A DNA stretch of 64,000 bases, from contig WHTV01000007.1 in assembly GCA_009377535.1 (NCBI GenBank), positions 1,891-65,890 of the forward strand, read 5' to 3'. This DNA comes from Kiloniellaceae bacterium (GTDB lineage: Bacteria; Pseudomonadota; Alphaproteobacteria; Kiloniellales; Kiloniellaceae). The notes beneath the pieces are model-generated. The model searched no databases. It saw nothing but the letters and a program-made list of their open reading frames with translations, and was not told the origin of the DNA. The stretch's first letter is position 1. Each line of letters begins with the position of its first letter. This document shows, in pieces, positions 17,055 to 26,768 of the stretch. The position numbers were made by a program, and so were the translations under genes.

Positions 17055-17454
17055 GCCCGATCCATCCTTCCTCTGCGTCTGCCCTTCCTCTGTGCCTGCA
17101 CGGTCTTTTCAGGTCTCGAATGTCGAACCCTTGGGACGCGCTATAAATACTAAATGCCGCTGGGACATACAAGATATTGGGATTGTCTCCCGTCCGCCCT
17201 GGCAGCGAATTTCATCGAAGCGTCATCTGCAGCGGCGCACCGGCGCGATCCTCGGCCGCTGCCTAGAGGGCAAAAACCCTTGATTCGAAAGAGACAGGTA
17301 AGCCTTACCGGCATTTACCGAACTACCGTCGGAATTCAATCTAAGATTTTGTTCATTCGCCTTAACATAGAATTTTAACCAGTTTGATCGATGACTCTGG
17401 GCGGGAAATTCCACAAAAGGACGCTGTCCTGGGAAGAAGGGGCTCTGCGCGGTC

Positions 17455-19653
17455 ATGTTTTTGTTCAAAATGTCGAGGTCCCGGAGTTCGACGCCCGCCC
17501 GCCGGCTGCTGGACCAACTCACCATCGCGCGCAAGCTGCCGTTGGTGATCACCATGGCTGCACTGGTCTCGGCCTCCGCCGTCGGTGCCACCAGCTACAT
17601 GAAGGCGGCGTCGAACATGCGGGCCGAAGCCGAGATGAAGCTGACTGCCCTCATGCAGGTCCGGCGCACCGCCCTGGCAACCTATCTCGATACCATCCGG
17701 CAAGACCTGCGCCTCCTCGCCTCGAATGAGACGGTCCTGCGTGCCGCCGCCGACCTCAGCAGCGCCTGGCATGAGTTCGGCCCCGAGGCAGAAAGTCGGC
17801 TGCAGCAGTCCTACATCACTGACAACCCGCACCCGACCGGCCAGAAGGAAAAGCTCGACCAGGCCGAGGATGGTTCGCTCTACGGCGTCTACCACGGCCA
17901 CTACCATCCGTGGTTCCGCCAGGTCCTGCGCGAGCGCGGCTACTACGACATCTTCCTCTTCGACGTCGAGGGCAACCTGGTCTACACGGTGTTCAAGGAG
18001 CTCGACTTCTCCACCAACCTGATGACAGGCCGGTGGCAGGACACCGACCTCGGCAAGGTCTTTCGGGCGGCCCTTGCCAATCCGAGCGCGGAGCATCAAG
18101 CCTTCTTCGACTTCGCGCCTTATGCGCCCAGCCACGACGCCCCGGCAAGCTTCATCGCCGCGCCGCTGATCGACGGCGAAGGCAAGCTCATCGGCGTCCT
18201 CGCCTTCCAGATGCCGATCGACAACCTGAACGGCGTCATGCAGGATGGGGCCGGGCTGGGCGAATCCGGCCAGTCCTTCATCGTCGGCAGCGATCTGCTC
18301 ATGCGCAGCGATTCGCGTTTCAGCCAGGAAAGCACGATCCTGGCGCAGACGGTGGACAACGATGCCGTCGTCAAGGCCCTGAGCGGCGCGGACGGCGTCG
18401 TCGAGCTGGTCGACTATCGCGGCCATCCGGCGCTGACCGCCTTCGGTCCGCTCGACTTCCTGGGCGCCCGCTGGGCGGTGATCGCCGAGGGCGAGAGCGA
18501 GGAAATCTTCGCCAGCGCGCGATCAATGCGCAACGACAGCATCCTCATTACCTTGATCACGCTACTCGTCGTCTCGGCTTTGGGATACCTGATGTCGCGC
18601 GGCATCGTGCGCCCGCTCTCCGCCATGACCGCTGCAATGCGCGAGCTGGCCGGCGGCAACAAGGAAGTCACCATCCCGGCACGCAGCCGCAGCGACGAGC
18701 TCGGCGACATGGCCGCGGCCGTCCAGGTCTTCAAGGAGACCGCGATCGAGGCCGAACGCCTGACCACCGAGCAGGCGGCACGCGAGGCCCGGGCCGAGGT
18801 CGAGAAGCGCCAGGCCACCCTGAAGCTGGCCGACGATCTGGATGGCAGCATCAAGACCGTGGTCGATGCCGTTTCCGAGGCGGTTGGGCGCATGCAGGCG
18901 GCGGCCGAGAGCATGAGCCGGAGCGCCGGACACACCGACCAGCAGGCATCGGCGGTGGCCACCGCAGCCGAGGAAGCCTCAGCCAACGTGCAGACCGTCG
19001 CCACCGCTTCAGATGAACTGGCCAGCTCGATTCAGGAGATCAGCCGCCAGGTCAGCCAGTCGACGGAGATCTCGCGCGAAACGGTCGGCATCGCCGACCA
19101 TGCCAATGACACGGTCCGCAGCCTGGCCGAAGGCGCCCAGAAGATCGGCGACGTGGTGAAGCTGATCAATGACATTGCCGAGCGGACCAACCTGCTGGCG
19201 CTCAACGCGACCATCGAAGCCGCCCGTGCCGGCGAAGCCGGCAAGGGCTTCGCCGTTGTGGCCGGCGAGGTCAAGTCCCTGGCCAACCAGACCGCCAAGG
19301 CAACCGAGGAAATCTCGCAGCAGATCGGCGGCATGCAGAACGCCACGGCGGAGACGGTCAAGGCGATCGAGAACGTGCGCGGCTCGATCGACCGCATCAG
19401 CGAGGTCTGCGGCAACATCGCCTCGGCGGTGGAAGAGCAGAATGCCGCCACGCTGGAAATCTCCCGCAACGTGCAGGAAGTCGCCCAGGGCACCAAGCGC
19501 GTGACCTCGAACATCCGCGGCGTGACCGAGACGTCGGCAGAAACCGGCCAGGCGGCCGGCCAGGTCGCCAGCGCCACCCAGGAGCTCTCGGCGGAAGCGC
19601 AGCGGCTGCGCAGCTCGGTCGAGGGCATCCTCGCGTCGATGCGCGCGGCGTGA
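17455..19653 (+). CDS. methyl-accepting chemotaxis protein (Cache + HAMP)
   Basis: Two TM segments, GYYDIFLFD Cache region, HAMP DELGDMA, signalling motif [26 protein letters not shown]. Confidence 0.95.
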   Translation: MFLFKMSRSRSSTPARRLLDQLTIARKLPLVITMAALVSASAVGATSYMKAASNMRAEAEMKLTALMQVRRTALATYLDTIRQDLRLLASNETVLRAAADLSSAWHEFGPEAESRLQQSYITDNPHPTGQKEKLDQAEDGSLYGVYHGHYHPWFRQVLRERGYYDIFLFDVEGNLVYTVFKELDFSTNLMTGRWQDTDLGKVFRAALANPSAEHQAFFDFAPYAPSHDAPASFIAAPLIDGEGKLIGVLAFQMPIDNLNGVMQDGAGLGESGQSFIVGSDLLMRSDSRFSQESTILAQTVDNDAVVKALSGADGVVELVDYRGHPALTAFGPLDFLGARWAVIAEGESEEIFASARSMRNDSILITLITLLVVSALGYLMSRGIVRPLSAMTAAMRELAGGNKEVTIPARSRSDELGDMAAAVQVFKETAIEAERLTTEQAAREARAEVEKRQATLKLADDLDGSIKTVVDAVSEAVGRMQAAAESMSRSAGHTDQQASAVATAAEEASANVQTVATASDELASSIQEISRQVSQSTEISRETVGIADHANDTVRSLAEGAQKIGDVVKLINDIAERTNLLALNATIEAARAGEAGKGFAVVAGEVKSLANQTAKATEEISQQIGGMQNATAETVKAIENVRGSIDRISEVCGNIASAVEEQNAATLEISRNVQEVAQGTKRVTSNIRGVTETSAETGQAAGQVASATQELSAEAQRLRSSVEGILASMRAA

Positions 19654-19671
19654 TGTCCGGCGGCGTCAAAT

Positions 19672-19932
19672 CTAACCGCGATCCTGCCCGCGGCGGCGGC
19701 CTGAGGCGAGCCTGCTCGCCCAGGCACGCGCGCGGCGGATAAATGCCTTCGCCACCTCGCGCACCCGCGGCGAGCCGCCGGCCAGGAGCAGGACGCCGAG
19801 CGGGACCATCCAGAAGCCGAGCACCGGCAGGAAACCGAGGACGCCACCGACGATCAGCAGGAGCCCGATGCTCCAGCGCAAGGGCGCCCAGGCCCGCACG
19901 GCCCAGCTGTAGAGGGGATTTGGCTTCTGCAT
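19672..19932 (-). CDS. small membrane protein (PGPGW-like)
   Basis: GLLLIVGGVLGFLPVLGFWMVPLGVLLL; ATG at 19932. Confidence 0.7.
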   Translation of the reverse strand: MQKPNPLYSWAVRAWAPLRWSIGLLLIVGGVLGFLPVLGFWMVPLGVLLLAGGSPRVREVAKAFIRRARAWASRLASGRRRGQDRG

Positions 19933-19963
19933 GCTTGGTAGCGGCTCCTCCGCAGCCCAACGC

Positions 19964-20662
19964 CTACCCGGAAAGGTTCGTTCCGGCGTCGGGCAGGGTC
20001 TCCGGAAAGAGGTACTGCACCAGGGCCGCGACACAGAGCTGCAGGCCCTCCTGGTCGATGCCGTGGCCGAGGCCCGGCCGGCGGTAGGCGGCGGTCGGCA
20101 CTTTGTTGGCCTGCAAGACGGCCTCGGCGGCGGGCATGGCCTCGAAGGGCACCACCGGATCAGCATCGCCATGCACCAGCAGCACCGGCGGGCGGCTGAC
20201 GATCTCCCCCGCCAACACCTCCGGCTTCACCAGCGCACCGGAAAAGCCGACCACGAGAGCGCAGGCCTTGGGCCGCCTGAGCGCCGTGTGCAGCGCCATC
20301 ATGGTGCCCTGGGAAAAGCCAACCAGTGCCAGGCGGTCATCGCCGAGTCCATGCGCGGCCAACTCGGCATCGAGGAAGGCATCGAGCATCGGCGCGGCAG
20401 CGCGCACGCCCGCCAACATGGTCTCGGGCTCGCGGCTCTGCAGGCTGAACCACTGGCGTCCCATCGGGGCCATGTCGCAGGGATAAGGGGCGTTGGGCGA
20501 CACGAAGGCGGTATCCGGCAGCAGCGGCTCCAGCATCGGCGCCAGCGAGATCAAGTCATTGCCGTCGGCGCCGAGGCCATGTAGGAACGCCACGAGGGCC
20601 CGTGCGCCCCTGCCCGCCGCCTTGCCCTGCCGCGGGCCGTCCAGATCCATAATGCCGCTCAC
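19964..20662 (-). CDS. phospholipase/carboxylesterase
   Basis: FLHGLGADG, GFSQG nucleophile, HGDADPVV, GHGI. Confidence 0.92.
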   Translation of the reverse strand: MSGIMDLDGPRQGKAAGRGARALVAFLHGLGADGNDLISLAPMLEPLLPDTAFVSPNAPYPCDMAPMGRQWFSLQSREPETMLAGVRAAAPMLDAFLDAELAAHGLGDDRLALVGFSQGTMMALHTALRRPKACALVVGFSGALVKPEVLAGEIVSRPPVLLVHGDADPVVPFEAMPAAEAVLQANKVPTAAYRRPGLGHGIDQEGLQLCVAALVQYLFPETLPDAGTNLSG

Positions 20663-20694
20663 CGCCGAACCATCCTTCCGTATCGAGAGAAAAT

Positions 20695-21351
20695 CTATGC
20701 TGTCCGCTTCACGATGCGGCCGAGCGCCACGCCGGGATGGCGGTAGAGATGCCAGAGAAAGCGCGCCGCCGTGCTGCGGTGGGGCCGCCAGATCTCACCC
20801 AGGGCCAGCATGGCCTTGGGATCCGGCCGCGACTCCAGCTTCTTCAGATGCTGCGCGGCGATGCAGAGCGCAAGGTCGCCGGCCGGCAGGACGTCGGGCC
20901 GCCCCAGCGCGAAGAGCAGGTAGATCTCGGCTGTCCAACGGCCGATGCCCTTGATCCGGGTGAGCGCCGCGATGGCCGCCTCGTCGTCCAGCCCGGCCAG
21001 GCCGTCGACGTCGAGGCCGCCGCCGGCGATCTCCTCGGCCAGGATGCGGCCGTAACGCATCTTCGGCCGGCTGAAGCCGACCGCGCGCAGGTCGTCTTCG
21101 GTTGTCTTGAGGAATTCCTCGGCGGTCAGCGGCGCGACCCGCGTTTCAAGACGATCGATGATGGCGCGGGCCGACTGCACGGATACCTGCTGCCCGGCGA
21201 TCATGCGGATGAGGCCGGCAAAGCCGGGCGCGCTGCCGCGTTCCGGGGGCAGGCCGCAGCGCCCATAGGCCTCGGCGATGTCGGGGTCGCCGGCGGCCAG
21301 GGCTTCCATCGCCGGGCGCAGGCGTTCGTCGGGAATCGGTTCGGGGATCAT
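20695..21351 (-). CDS. alkA: DNA-3-methyladenine glycosylase II (HhH-GPD)
   Basis: QQVSVQSA, LTRIKGIGRWTAEIYLLF, DVLPAGD. Confidence 0.85.
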   Translation of the reverse strand: MIPEPIPDERLRPAMEALAAGDPDIAEAYGRCGLPPERGSAPGFAGLIRMIAGQQVSVQSARAIIDRLETRVAPLTAEEFLKTTEDDLRAVGFSRPKMRYGRILAEEIAGGGLDVDGLAGLDDEAAIAALTRIKGIGRWTAEIYLLFALGRPDVLPAGDLALCIAAQHLKKLESRPDPKAMLALGEIWRPHRSTAARFLWHLYRHPGVALGRIVKRTA

Positions 21352-21390
21352 CGCTGGACTTTAGCCGCCATCTGCCGTACCGCCAATCGG

Positions 21391-22272
21391 ATGTCGACAC
21401 TCGAGGTCACCCGCTTCGCTCCCTCGCCCAGCGGCCTGCTGCACCTGGGCCACGCCTATGCGGCGCTCTTCGCCGCCCGCGCCGCCGCCGGCGGGCGGGT
21501 GGGAGGGCGTTTCCTGCTGCGCATCGAGGACATCGACGGCGACCGAGCGCGGCCCGAATTCGAGGCGGCGATCTTCGCGGACCTGGCCTGGCTCGGCCTT
21601 GCCTGGGAGGAGCCGGTGCGGCGCCAGTCCGATCACCTCGCCGACTACGCCCACGCACTCGATGCCCTGCAGGCGCGCGGCCTGGTCTACCCCTGCTTCT
21701 GCAGCCGCAAGGAGATCGCTGCGGAGATCGCCCGTGCCGGGGCCGCGCCGCACGGTCCCGCCGAGTCGGTCTATCCCGGCACCTGCCGAGCTCTGGATGC
21801 CGGCCTGCGCGAAGCGCGGTGCGCCGCCGGCGTTCCCTTCGCCCTGCGCCTCGACATGGCGCGCGCCCTTGCCGAGGCGGAGGCGGAGAATGGCGGTGCG
21901 CTCACCTGGCACGACCGCGCCGGCGGCAGGCAGTGCTGCGATCCGCGGCCGCAAGGCGACATCGTGCTGGCCCGCAAGGATGTCCCCGCCAGCTATCATT
22001 TGAGCGTCGTGGTCGACGACGCCGCCCAGGACATTACCCTGGTGACCCGCGGCGCCGACCTCTTCGAGGCCAGCCATGTGCACCGCCTGCTGCAGCAACT
22101 GCTCGGCCTGCCGGTGCCGCAATACCATCACCACCGCCTCGTCACAGATGGGCAGGGCCAGCGCTTGGCCAAGCGCAGCGCCGCCCTCGCTCTCAGTGCC
22201 TTGCGCGAGGCCGGCCGAAGCCCGGCTGAAGTCATCGCCATGTCCGGCATCGAGGAAGATCTGACGCCATGA
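21391..22272 (+). CDS. gluQ: tRNA glutamyl-Q(34) synthetase
   Basis: TRFAPSPSGLLHLGH, YPCFCSRKE, RLAKR; lacks the anticodon-binding domain; ATG 21391. Confidence 0.9.
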   Translation: MSTLEVTRFAPSPSGLLHLGHAYAALFAARAAAGGRVGGRFLLRIEDIDGDRARPEFEAAIFADLAWLGLAWEEPVRRQSDHLADYAHALDALQARGLVYPCFCSRKEIAAEIARAGAAPHGPAESVYPGTCRALDAGLREARCAAGVPFALRLDMARALAEAEAENGGALTWHDRAGGRQCCDPRPQGDIVLARKDVPASYHLSVVVDDAAQDITLVTRGADLFEASHVHRLLQQLLGLPVPQYHHHRLVTDGQGQRLAKRSAALALSALREAGRSPAEVIAMSGIEEDLTP

Positions 22273-22447
22273 CGGAGAGGGAAAGCATGGCCCGGCAGAG
22301 TTTCGCCGAGTTCTCCGCCGCCGAGGCCGCCTGCACCGATCTCTGGACTACGCGGAAAAGGACCTGCTGCAGCTGGCCGCCGAGTTCACTGTTGCGCAGC
22401 GCCTCATCGACAACCGGCGGCGAGCGCAAACCGCTGCTGCCACAAGG

Positions 22448-23239
22448 CTAGCCGCCGAGCTCGGCGAGCTGGGCCGCCGCCGCGCGCAGCACCGGCACGT
22501 GGCTCTTCGCCTGCTCGATGGTCATGCGCATCAAGGGAGCGTGCACCGCGAGGGCCGCGAAGAAGCGGCCGGCCGCGTCAGTCACCGGTACGGCAACGGC
22601 GACCATGCCTTCGAGAAATTCTTCGTCGTCGGTGCCGACCTGGGACTTGCGGATCTCGTCGAGGGCGGCGCCCAGCTTGTCGGCCTCGGTGATGGTCTTG
22701 GGCCCGCGCGCTTCCAGCGTCAGGCTGCGCAGCAGCGGCGCGCGCAAGGCCGGTGCCAGAGTGCTGAGGAAGAGCTTGCCGCTGGCAGTGCAATGCAGAG
22801 GCACCCTGGTACCGGCCGGCAGCTGCAGGCGCAGCGGCCATTCCGACTCGACGCGGTCGAGGTAGACCATCTCGCCGTCCTTGGGAATGGAGAGATTGCA
22901 GGTCTCGCCGATGCGCCGCGCGGCCGAGGCGAGGATGGCATGGCGTGCCGTCGCCAGGCTGGAGCCGCCGATCAGGCTCTGGGCCAGCGCCAGCAGCCGC
23001 GGTCCTGCCACCAGCCCGCGCCCGCCCAGCTCCTTGCGCAGATAGCCGTCGGCCTCCAGCGCCGAGCAGATGCGGTAGGCGGTGGCCTTGGGCAGGCCGC
23101 TCTGCTCGGTAATCTCCTGCACCGAAGCGGGATGGTCCCTACGCGCTACCAGCTCGAGCAGTTGCAGGACGCGCGCCGAGCGCGATTTCGCCGCCTTGGG
23201 CTTGGCTAAGTATCCGGGTTCTCTGCTCATAGGTGTCAT
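22448..23239 (-). CDS. IclR family regulator (IseR-like by context)
   Basis: N-terminal HTH LPKATAYRI; PLHCTASGKLFL effector domain. Confidence 0.9.
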   Translation of the reverse strand: MTPMSREPGYLAKPKAAKSRSARVLQLLELVARRDHPASVQEITEQSGLPKATAYRICSALEADGYLRKELGGRGLVAGPRLLALAQSLIGGSSLATARHAILASAARRIGETCNLSIPKDGEMVYLDRVESEWPLRLQLPAGTRVPLHCTASGKLFLSTLAPALRAPLLRSLTLEARGPKTITEADKLGAALDEIRKSQVGTDDEEFLEGMVAVAVPVTDAAGRFFAALAVHAPLMRMTIEQAKSHVPVLRAAAAQLAELGG

Positions 23240-23282
23240 CTGCTACACCTTCCGCCGGACTTTGCGCAACTTCCGACGACCC

Positions 23283-24671
23283 CTACTGCAGCTGATAGAC
23301 GCCGGCGCCCTTGTTGACCAGCAGCAGGGTCGAGAGCTCCGGCAGCAGGGCGATGAGCAGCCAGGCGACCATCAGCGCGCCGAGATAGGGCAGCGTGTAG
23401 CGCAGCAGGCGGAAATAAGGGATGCCGGTGATCCCGCTGGCCACATAGAGGTTGAGGCCGTAGGGCGGCGTGATGAAGCCGATGGCGTCGCCAACCAGGA
23501 AGATCACCGCGAAGTGAATCGGATCGACGCCGATGCTGGCGGCGATGGGCGCCAGGATCGGCGCCAGGATGATGGTGTTGGGGAGCGACTCCAGCACCGT
23601 GCCGGCGACCAGCACGATGGCCATGCAGGCAAAGAGCACCGCATGGTAGCCGCCAAGCCCGCTCAGCATCTCGGTGACGAAGGCGTTGGCGCCGAGCAGC
23701 GAGAGAATCTGTTGCATTACCACGGAAACCGCAATGAGCGGCGCCAGCAGGCCGGTGATCTGACCCGAGCGCATGATGATCGACGGCAGTTCGGCGAAAC
23801 TGAAACCGGGGATGATGAGGCGCTGTAGAAAGCCGGCATCCTCCGGCAGGGCGCCGGGCGACCCCTCGCTCGGCGGCAGCAGGCGCTGCGCGATGGGATA
23901 CATGAGGAGCCCGGCCAGCATGCAGAAGCCGGCGGTGATGCCGGCTGCTTCGGTCGGCGAAAAAGCGCCGGTGTAGATGCCCCAGATGACCAGCAGGATG
24001 GCGAAGAAGCCGAGCCAGGCGCCGAGCGCCATTTTCAGCGTCCGCAGCAGACGGAACTGGATGAGATGCCCCCAGCCGTTGCGATGGCAGATGAACCAGC
24101 AGACCGCCTGCATGGCGATCACCATGAGGCAGCCGGGGATCAGGCCGCCGATGAAGAGGTCGCTGATCGACAGGTTCATGAGGAACCCGTAGACGATGAA
24201 GATGATCGACGGCGGGATGATGATGCCGACCGTGCCTCCGGCTGCCGCCGTCGCGGCGGCGAAGTTCGCATCGTAGCCGCCCTTCTTCATCTCCGGAAAC
24301 ATGATGGAGCCGATTGTGGCGGTGGTCGCCGAGTTGGAGCCGGAGATCGCCGCGAAGAGGCCGCAGGCGCCGAGCGAAGCCATGGCGAGGCCGCCGCGCA
24401 GCCAGCCGAGCACCGAGTAGGCGAAGTCGGAGAGCCGCTTGGCGATGCCGGCCGACTTGATGAGGTCGCCGGTCAGAATGAAGAGCGGCAGCGCCAGCAG
24501 GCCGAAGAAGTTCAGGCCCTCGTAGAGCGTCACGCCGATGTTGGCGAGGGTGAAGTCGATGACCAGGCTGACGCCGACCACCCAGAAACCGATGACCAGG
24601 AAGATCGGCACGCCGAACGCGAAGAGGATCGTGACGCCGATGGAGATGAGGGTAACCCAGAGCCCGTCCAT
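23283..24671 (-). CDS. TRAP transporter large permease DctM (IseM-like)
   Basis: LLALPLFIL, GSNSATTA, GIIIPPS, ITPPYGLNLY. Confidence 0.93.
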   Translation of the reverse strand: MDGLWVTLISIGVTILFAFGVPIFLVIGFWVVGVSLVIDFTLANIGVTLYEGLNFFGLLALPLFILTGDLIKSAGIAKRLSDFAYSVLGWLRGGLAMASLGACGLFAAISGSNSATTATIGSIMFPEMKKGGYDANFAAATAAAGGTVGIIIPPSIIFIVYGFLMNLSISDLFIGGLIPGCLMVIAMQAVCWFICHRNGWGHLIQFRLLRTLKMALGAWLGFFAILLVIWGIYTGAFSPTEAAGITAGFCMLAGLLMYPIAQRLLPPSEGSPGALPEDAGFLQRLIIPGFSFAELPSIIMRSGQITGLLAPLIAVSVVMQQILSLLGANAFVTEMLSGLGGYHAVLFACMAIVLVAGTVLESLPNTIILAPILAPIAASIGVDPIHFAVIFLVGDAIGFITPPYGLNLYVASGITGIPYFRLLRYTLPYLGALMVAWLLIALLPELSTLLLVNKGAGVYQLQ

Positions 24672-24678
24672 GTCTTCC

Positions 24679-25197
24679 TCAATCCCCGAAGATGTTGGTG
24701 TTGAGGTTGAAGGGCCGGCCGGCCCGGAAGTCGCCGAGATCGCGCCAGAAGTTCTGCAGCACGCGGACGATCAGCAGGCTCCAGGCAAAGGGTGTCGCCA
24801 TGTAGAACCACCACTGCATGACGTCGTCGGTGCCCTGCACGATGGCGAAGTTGTCGTAGGAGAGCCCTACCTGCTCGCCGGTGTAGAAGATGACGATGGC
24901 GGCGAAGACGATCCACAGCAGGGCATCGAGGCAAAGGCAGGCGAACTGTCCGCGATAGGGCAGGCGCAGGCGCAGCTCGTCGAAGCGCAGGTGGGCACGG
25001 ATCTTCACGTTGTAGGCACAGCCCAGCCAGACGATCCAGAGGAAGAGGTACACCGGCACCGTGGTGCTCCAGGGCACCTGCTCGTTGAACAGGAAGCGCC
25101 GGATCACCTCGACGAAGATGATGCCCGCCATGGTCACGTAGCAGACCAGGATAATGATCTTCTCGACGTTTGTGTCGAGCCACCGCAGAACCGCCAT
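24679..25197 (-). CDS. TRAP transporter small permease DctQ (IseL-like)
   Basis: Four TM segments, EVIRRFLF, AHLRFD; ATG at 25197. Confidence 0.9.
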   Translation of the reverse strand: MAVLRWLDTNVEKIIILVCYVTMAGIIFVEVIRRFLFNEQVPWSTTVPVYLFLWIVWLGCAYNVKIRAHLRFDELRLRLPYRGQFACLCLDALLWIVFAAIVIFYTGEQVGLSYDNFAIVQGTDDVMQWWFYMATPFAWSLLIVRVLQNFWRDLGDFRAGRPFNLNTNIFGD

Positions 25198-25295
25198 CTT
25201 CCTCTCGTCAGCTTGACCGGCGTGCCATTCCGGCGGGCGCGGACGGGCCGGCAAAGGCCGGCTCGGCCCCGGGCCGAAGTCCATCGGAACTCAGG

Positions 25296-25338
25296 AAAAA
25301 TCCGGCGGGGAAAGGGAAAGCTGAACTTTCCCCGCCGG
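25296..25338 (-). terminator. 13-bp hairpin plus U-tract between dctP and dctQ
   Basis: CCGGCGGGGAAAG / CTTTCCCCGCCGG followed by ATTTTT on the minus strand. Confidence 0.6.
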
Positions 25339-25356
25339 TCTCGGGGCTGCCTGCCC

Positions 25357-26586
25357 TTACGCCTTCCACCAGCGCCGCGGCTCGACGTTCTCCGGCAGGG
25401 TATCCTTGGGAATCTCGCGGGCGATGTCGTAGATGGTCTTGTAGGTGTCCATCCCGCCGGCCCAGTCGTTCAGGCGCTCGCGCCACTGTTCCCAATCTGC
25501 CGGTTGGAACTCCGGCGAACACATCTCCTCGGCCTCGCGCTTGGCGGCCTCGCTGAACATGGAGACCCGCGTGCCGGTCCTGGCGAAGATGGTGTTCGGC
25601 AACTGTGGATCGGAGAAGCCCACGGTGTTGACCAGCGCCGCCTCGTTGGCCGCCTGCACGTGGACCTGGGTCAGGTAGGCCGACTCCATCACTGCGTCCT
25701 GCAGTTCGCCGTCCAGCTTGTCGAAGGTGGCGGCGTTCATCGCCGTGTGCTCGGTGCCGCAGAAGAATTCCAGGTTGAGCACCTGGGAGACTACCGGCGC
25801 CATGTTGGCGTAGGCGACCGCCGAGGCCCAGGTCTCGGCGCCGTCAATGAGGCCCTGCTTCAGGCCGTCCAGGGTCTCCTCCCAGGCGATCGGCGTCGGA
25901 TTCAGCTTCATCTTCTCCATGGCGATGCGGCCCAGCTGCGTGCCGGTGACACGGTTCTTGGTGCCGGCCAGCTCGCCGATGCTGGTGACCAGCGGCTTGT
26001 CCTTCCACTTGAGGCCGAGCTGGATGCCGCGCAGCTCCGCATGGCTGAACAGGAAGTGCAGGTTGTGGCGCTTGCGCAGCGGCTCGCGCAGCACCTTCTC
26101 GCTGCCCGGATGGTAGAGGAAGTAGTACTGCGCCGCGCGGCTCGGGAACAAGTAGGCGTAGTCGAGCACGTTCAGGTAGGGCGCACCGCCGGCCGAGTTC
26201 TGGGTCGAGGCGGCGAAAATGTCGACGATGCCCTGCTGCGTCTTCTTCACGCAGTCGAGCTGGCCGCAGATCTGGTTGCTGCCGATGAACTCGACGCGGA
26301 TGGCGCCGTCGGTGCGCTCCTCCAGGTCGGCGGCGAACTGCAGGCAGCCGGCGCGCTCGATCAGAAGATTGCGCTCGTTGAAGCCGGCGGCGCCAAACTT
26401 CAGCGTAACCTTGGGTTCGGACTTGAAGCGCTTGTCATAGGTCGAGTTGGCGGCCTCGGCGAGACGCGCCATCGAGACCAGCCCCGTCATCGAGCCGGCC
26501 GCCAGCAAGGTCGAGGTAATGCCGTACTGCCGGGTCAGGCGCAGCAGGTCACGGCGCGATAGGTGCTTCAGTTTGTCGCTAAGCAT
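25357..26586 (-). CDS. TRAP substrate-binding protein DctP with Tat signal (IseK-like)
   Basis: SRRDLL twin-arginine motif; KNRVTG and LKQGLIDGAE DctP motifs. Confidence 0.9.
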   Translation of the reverse strand: MLSDKLKHLSRRDLLRLTRQYGITSTLLAAGSMTGLVSMARLAEAANSTYDKRFKSEPKVTLKFGAAGFNERNLLIERAGCLQFAADLEERTDGAIRVEFIGSNQICGQLDCVKKTQQGIVDIFAASTQNSAGGAPYLNVLDYAYLFPSRAAQYYFLYHPGSEKVLREPLRKRHNLHFLFSHAELRGIQLGLKWKDKPLVTSIGELAGTKNRVTGTQLGRIAMEKMKLNPTPIAWEETLDGLKQGLIDGAETWASAVAYANMAPVVSQVLNLEFFCGTEHTAMNAATFDKLDGELQDAVMESAYLTQVHVQAANEAALVNTVGFSDPQLPNTIFARTGTRVSMFSEAAKREAEEMCSPEFQPADWEQWRERLNDWAGGMDTYKTIYDIAREIPKDTLPENVEPRRWWKA

Positions 26587-26768
26587 GGTTCCTCCCATTT
26601 CCCCAGGGGGCGTTGCCCCTCGGCCGCTTCTTCTGCGGAGTTCTCATTAAACGAGATTTATAGTTTCATTATTGCGATTGCGCCTGCGGAAGGCAAGCGA
26701 TATGTAATATTCGTGCCTTACGACAGTGCAATGCGTTCGATAGTTGTCTTCACCGAAGGGGCCGGGAC

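Noticed and set aside
17360-17382. Possible CtrA box upstream of the MCP gene
   Set aside because: TTAA half-sites are 9 bp apart rather than 7; only a half-site is present.
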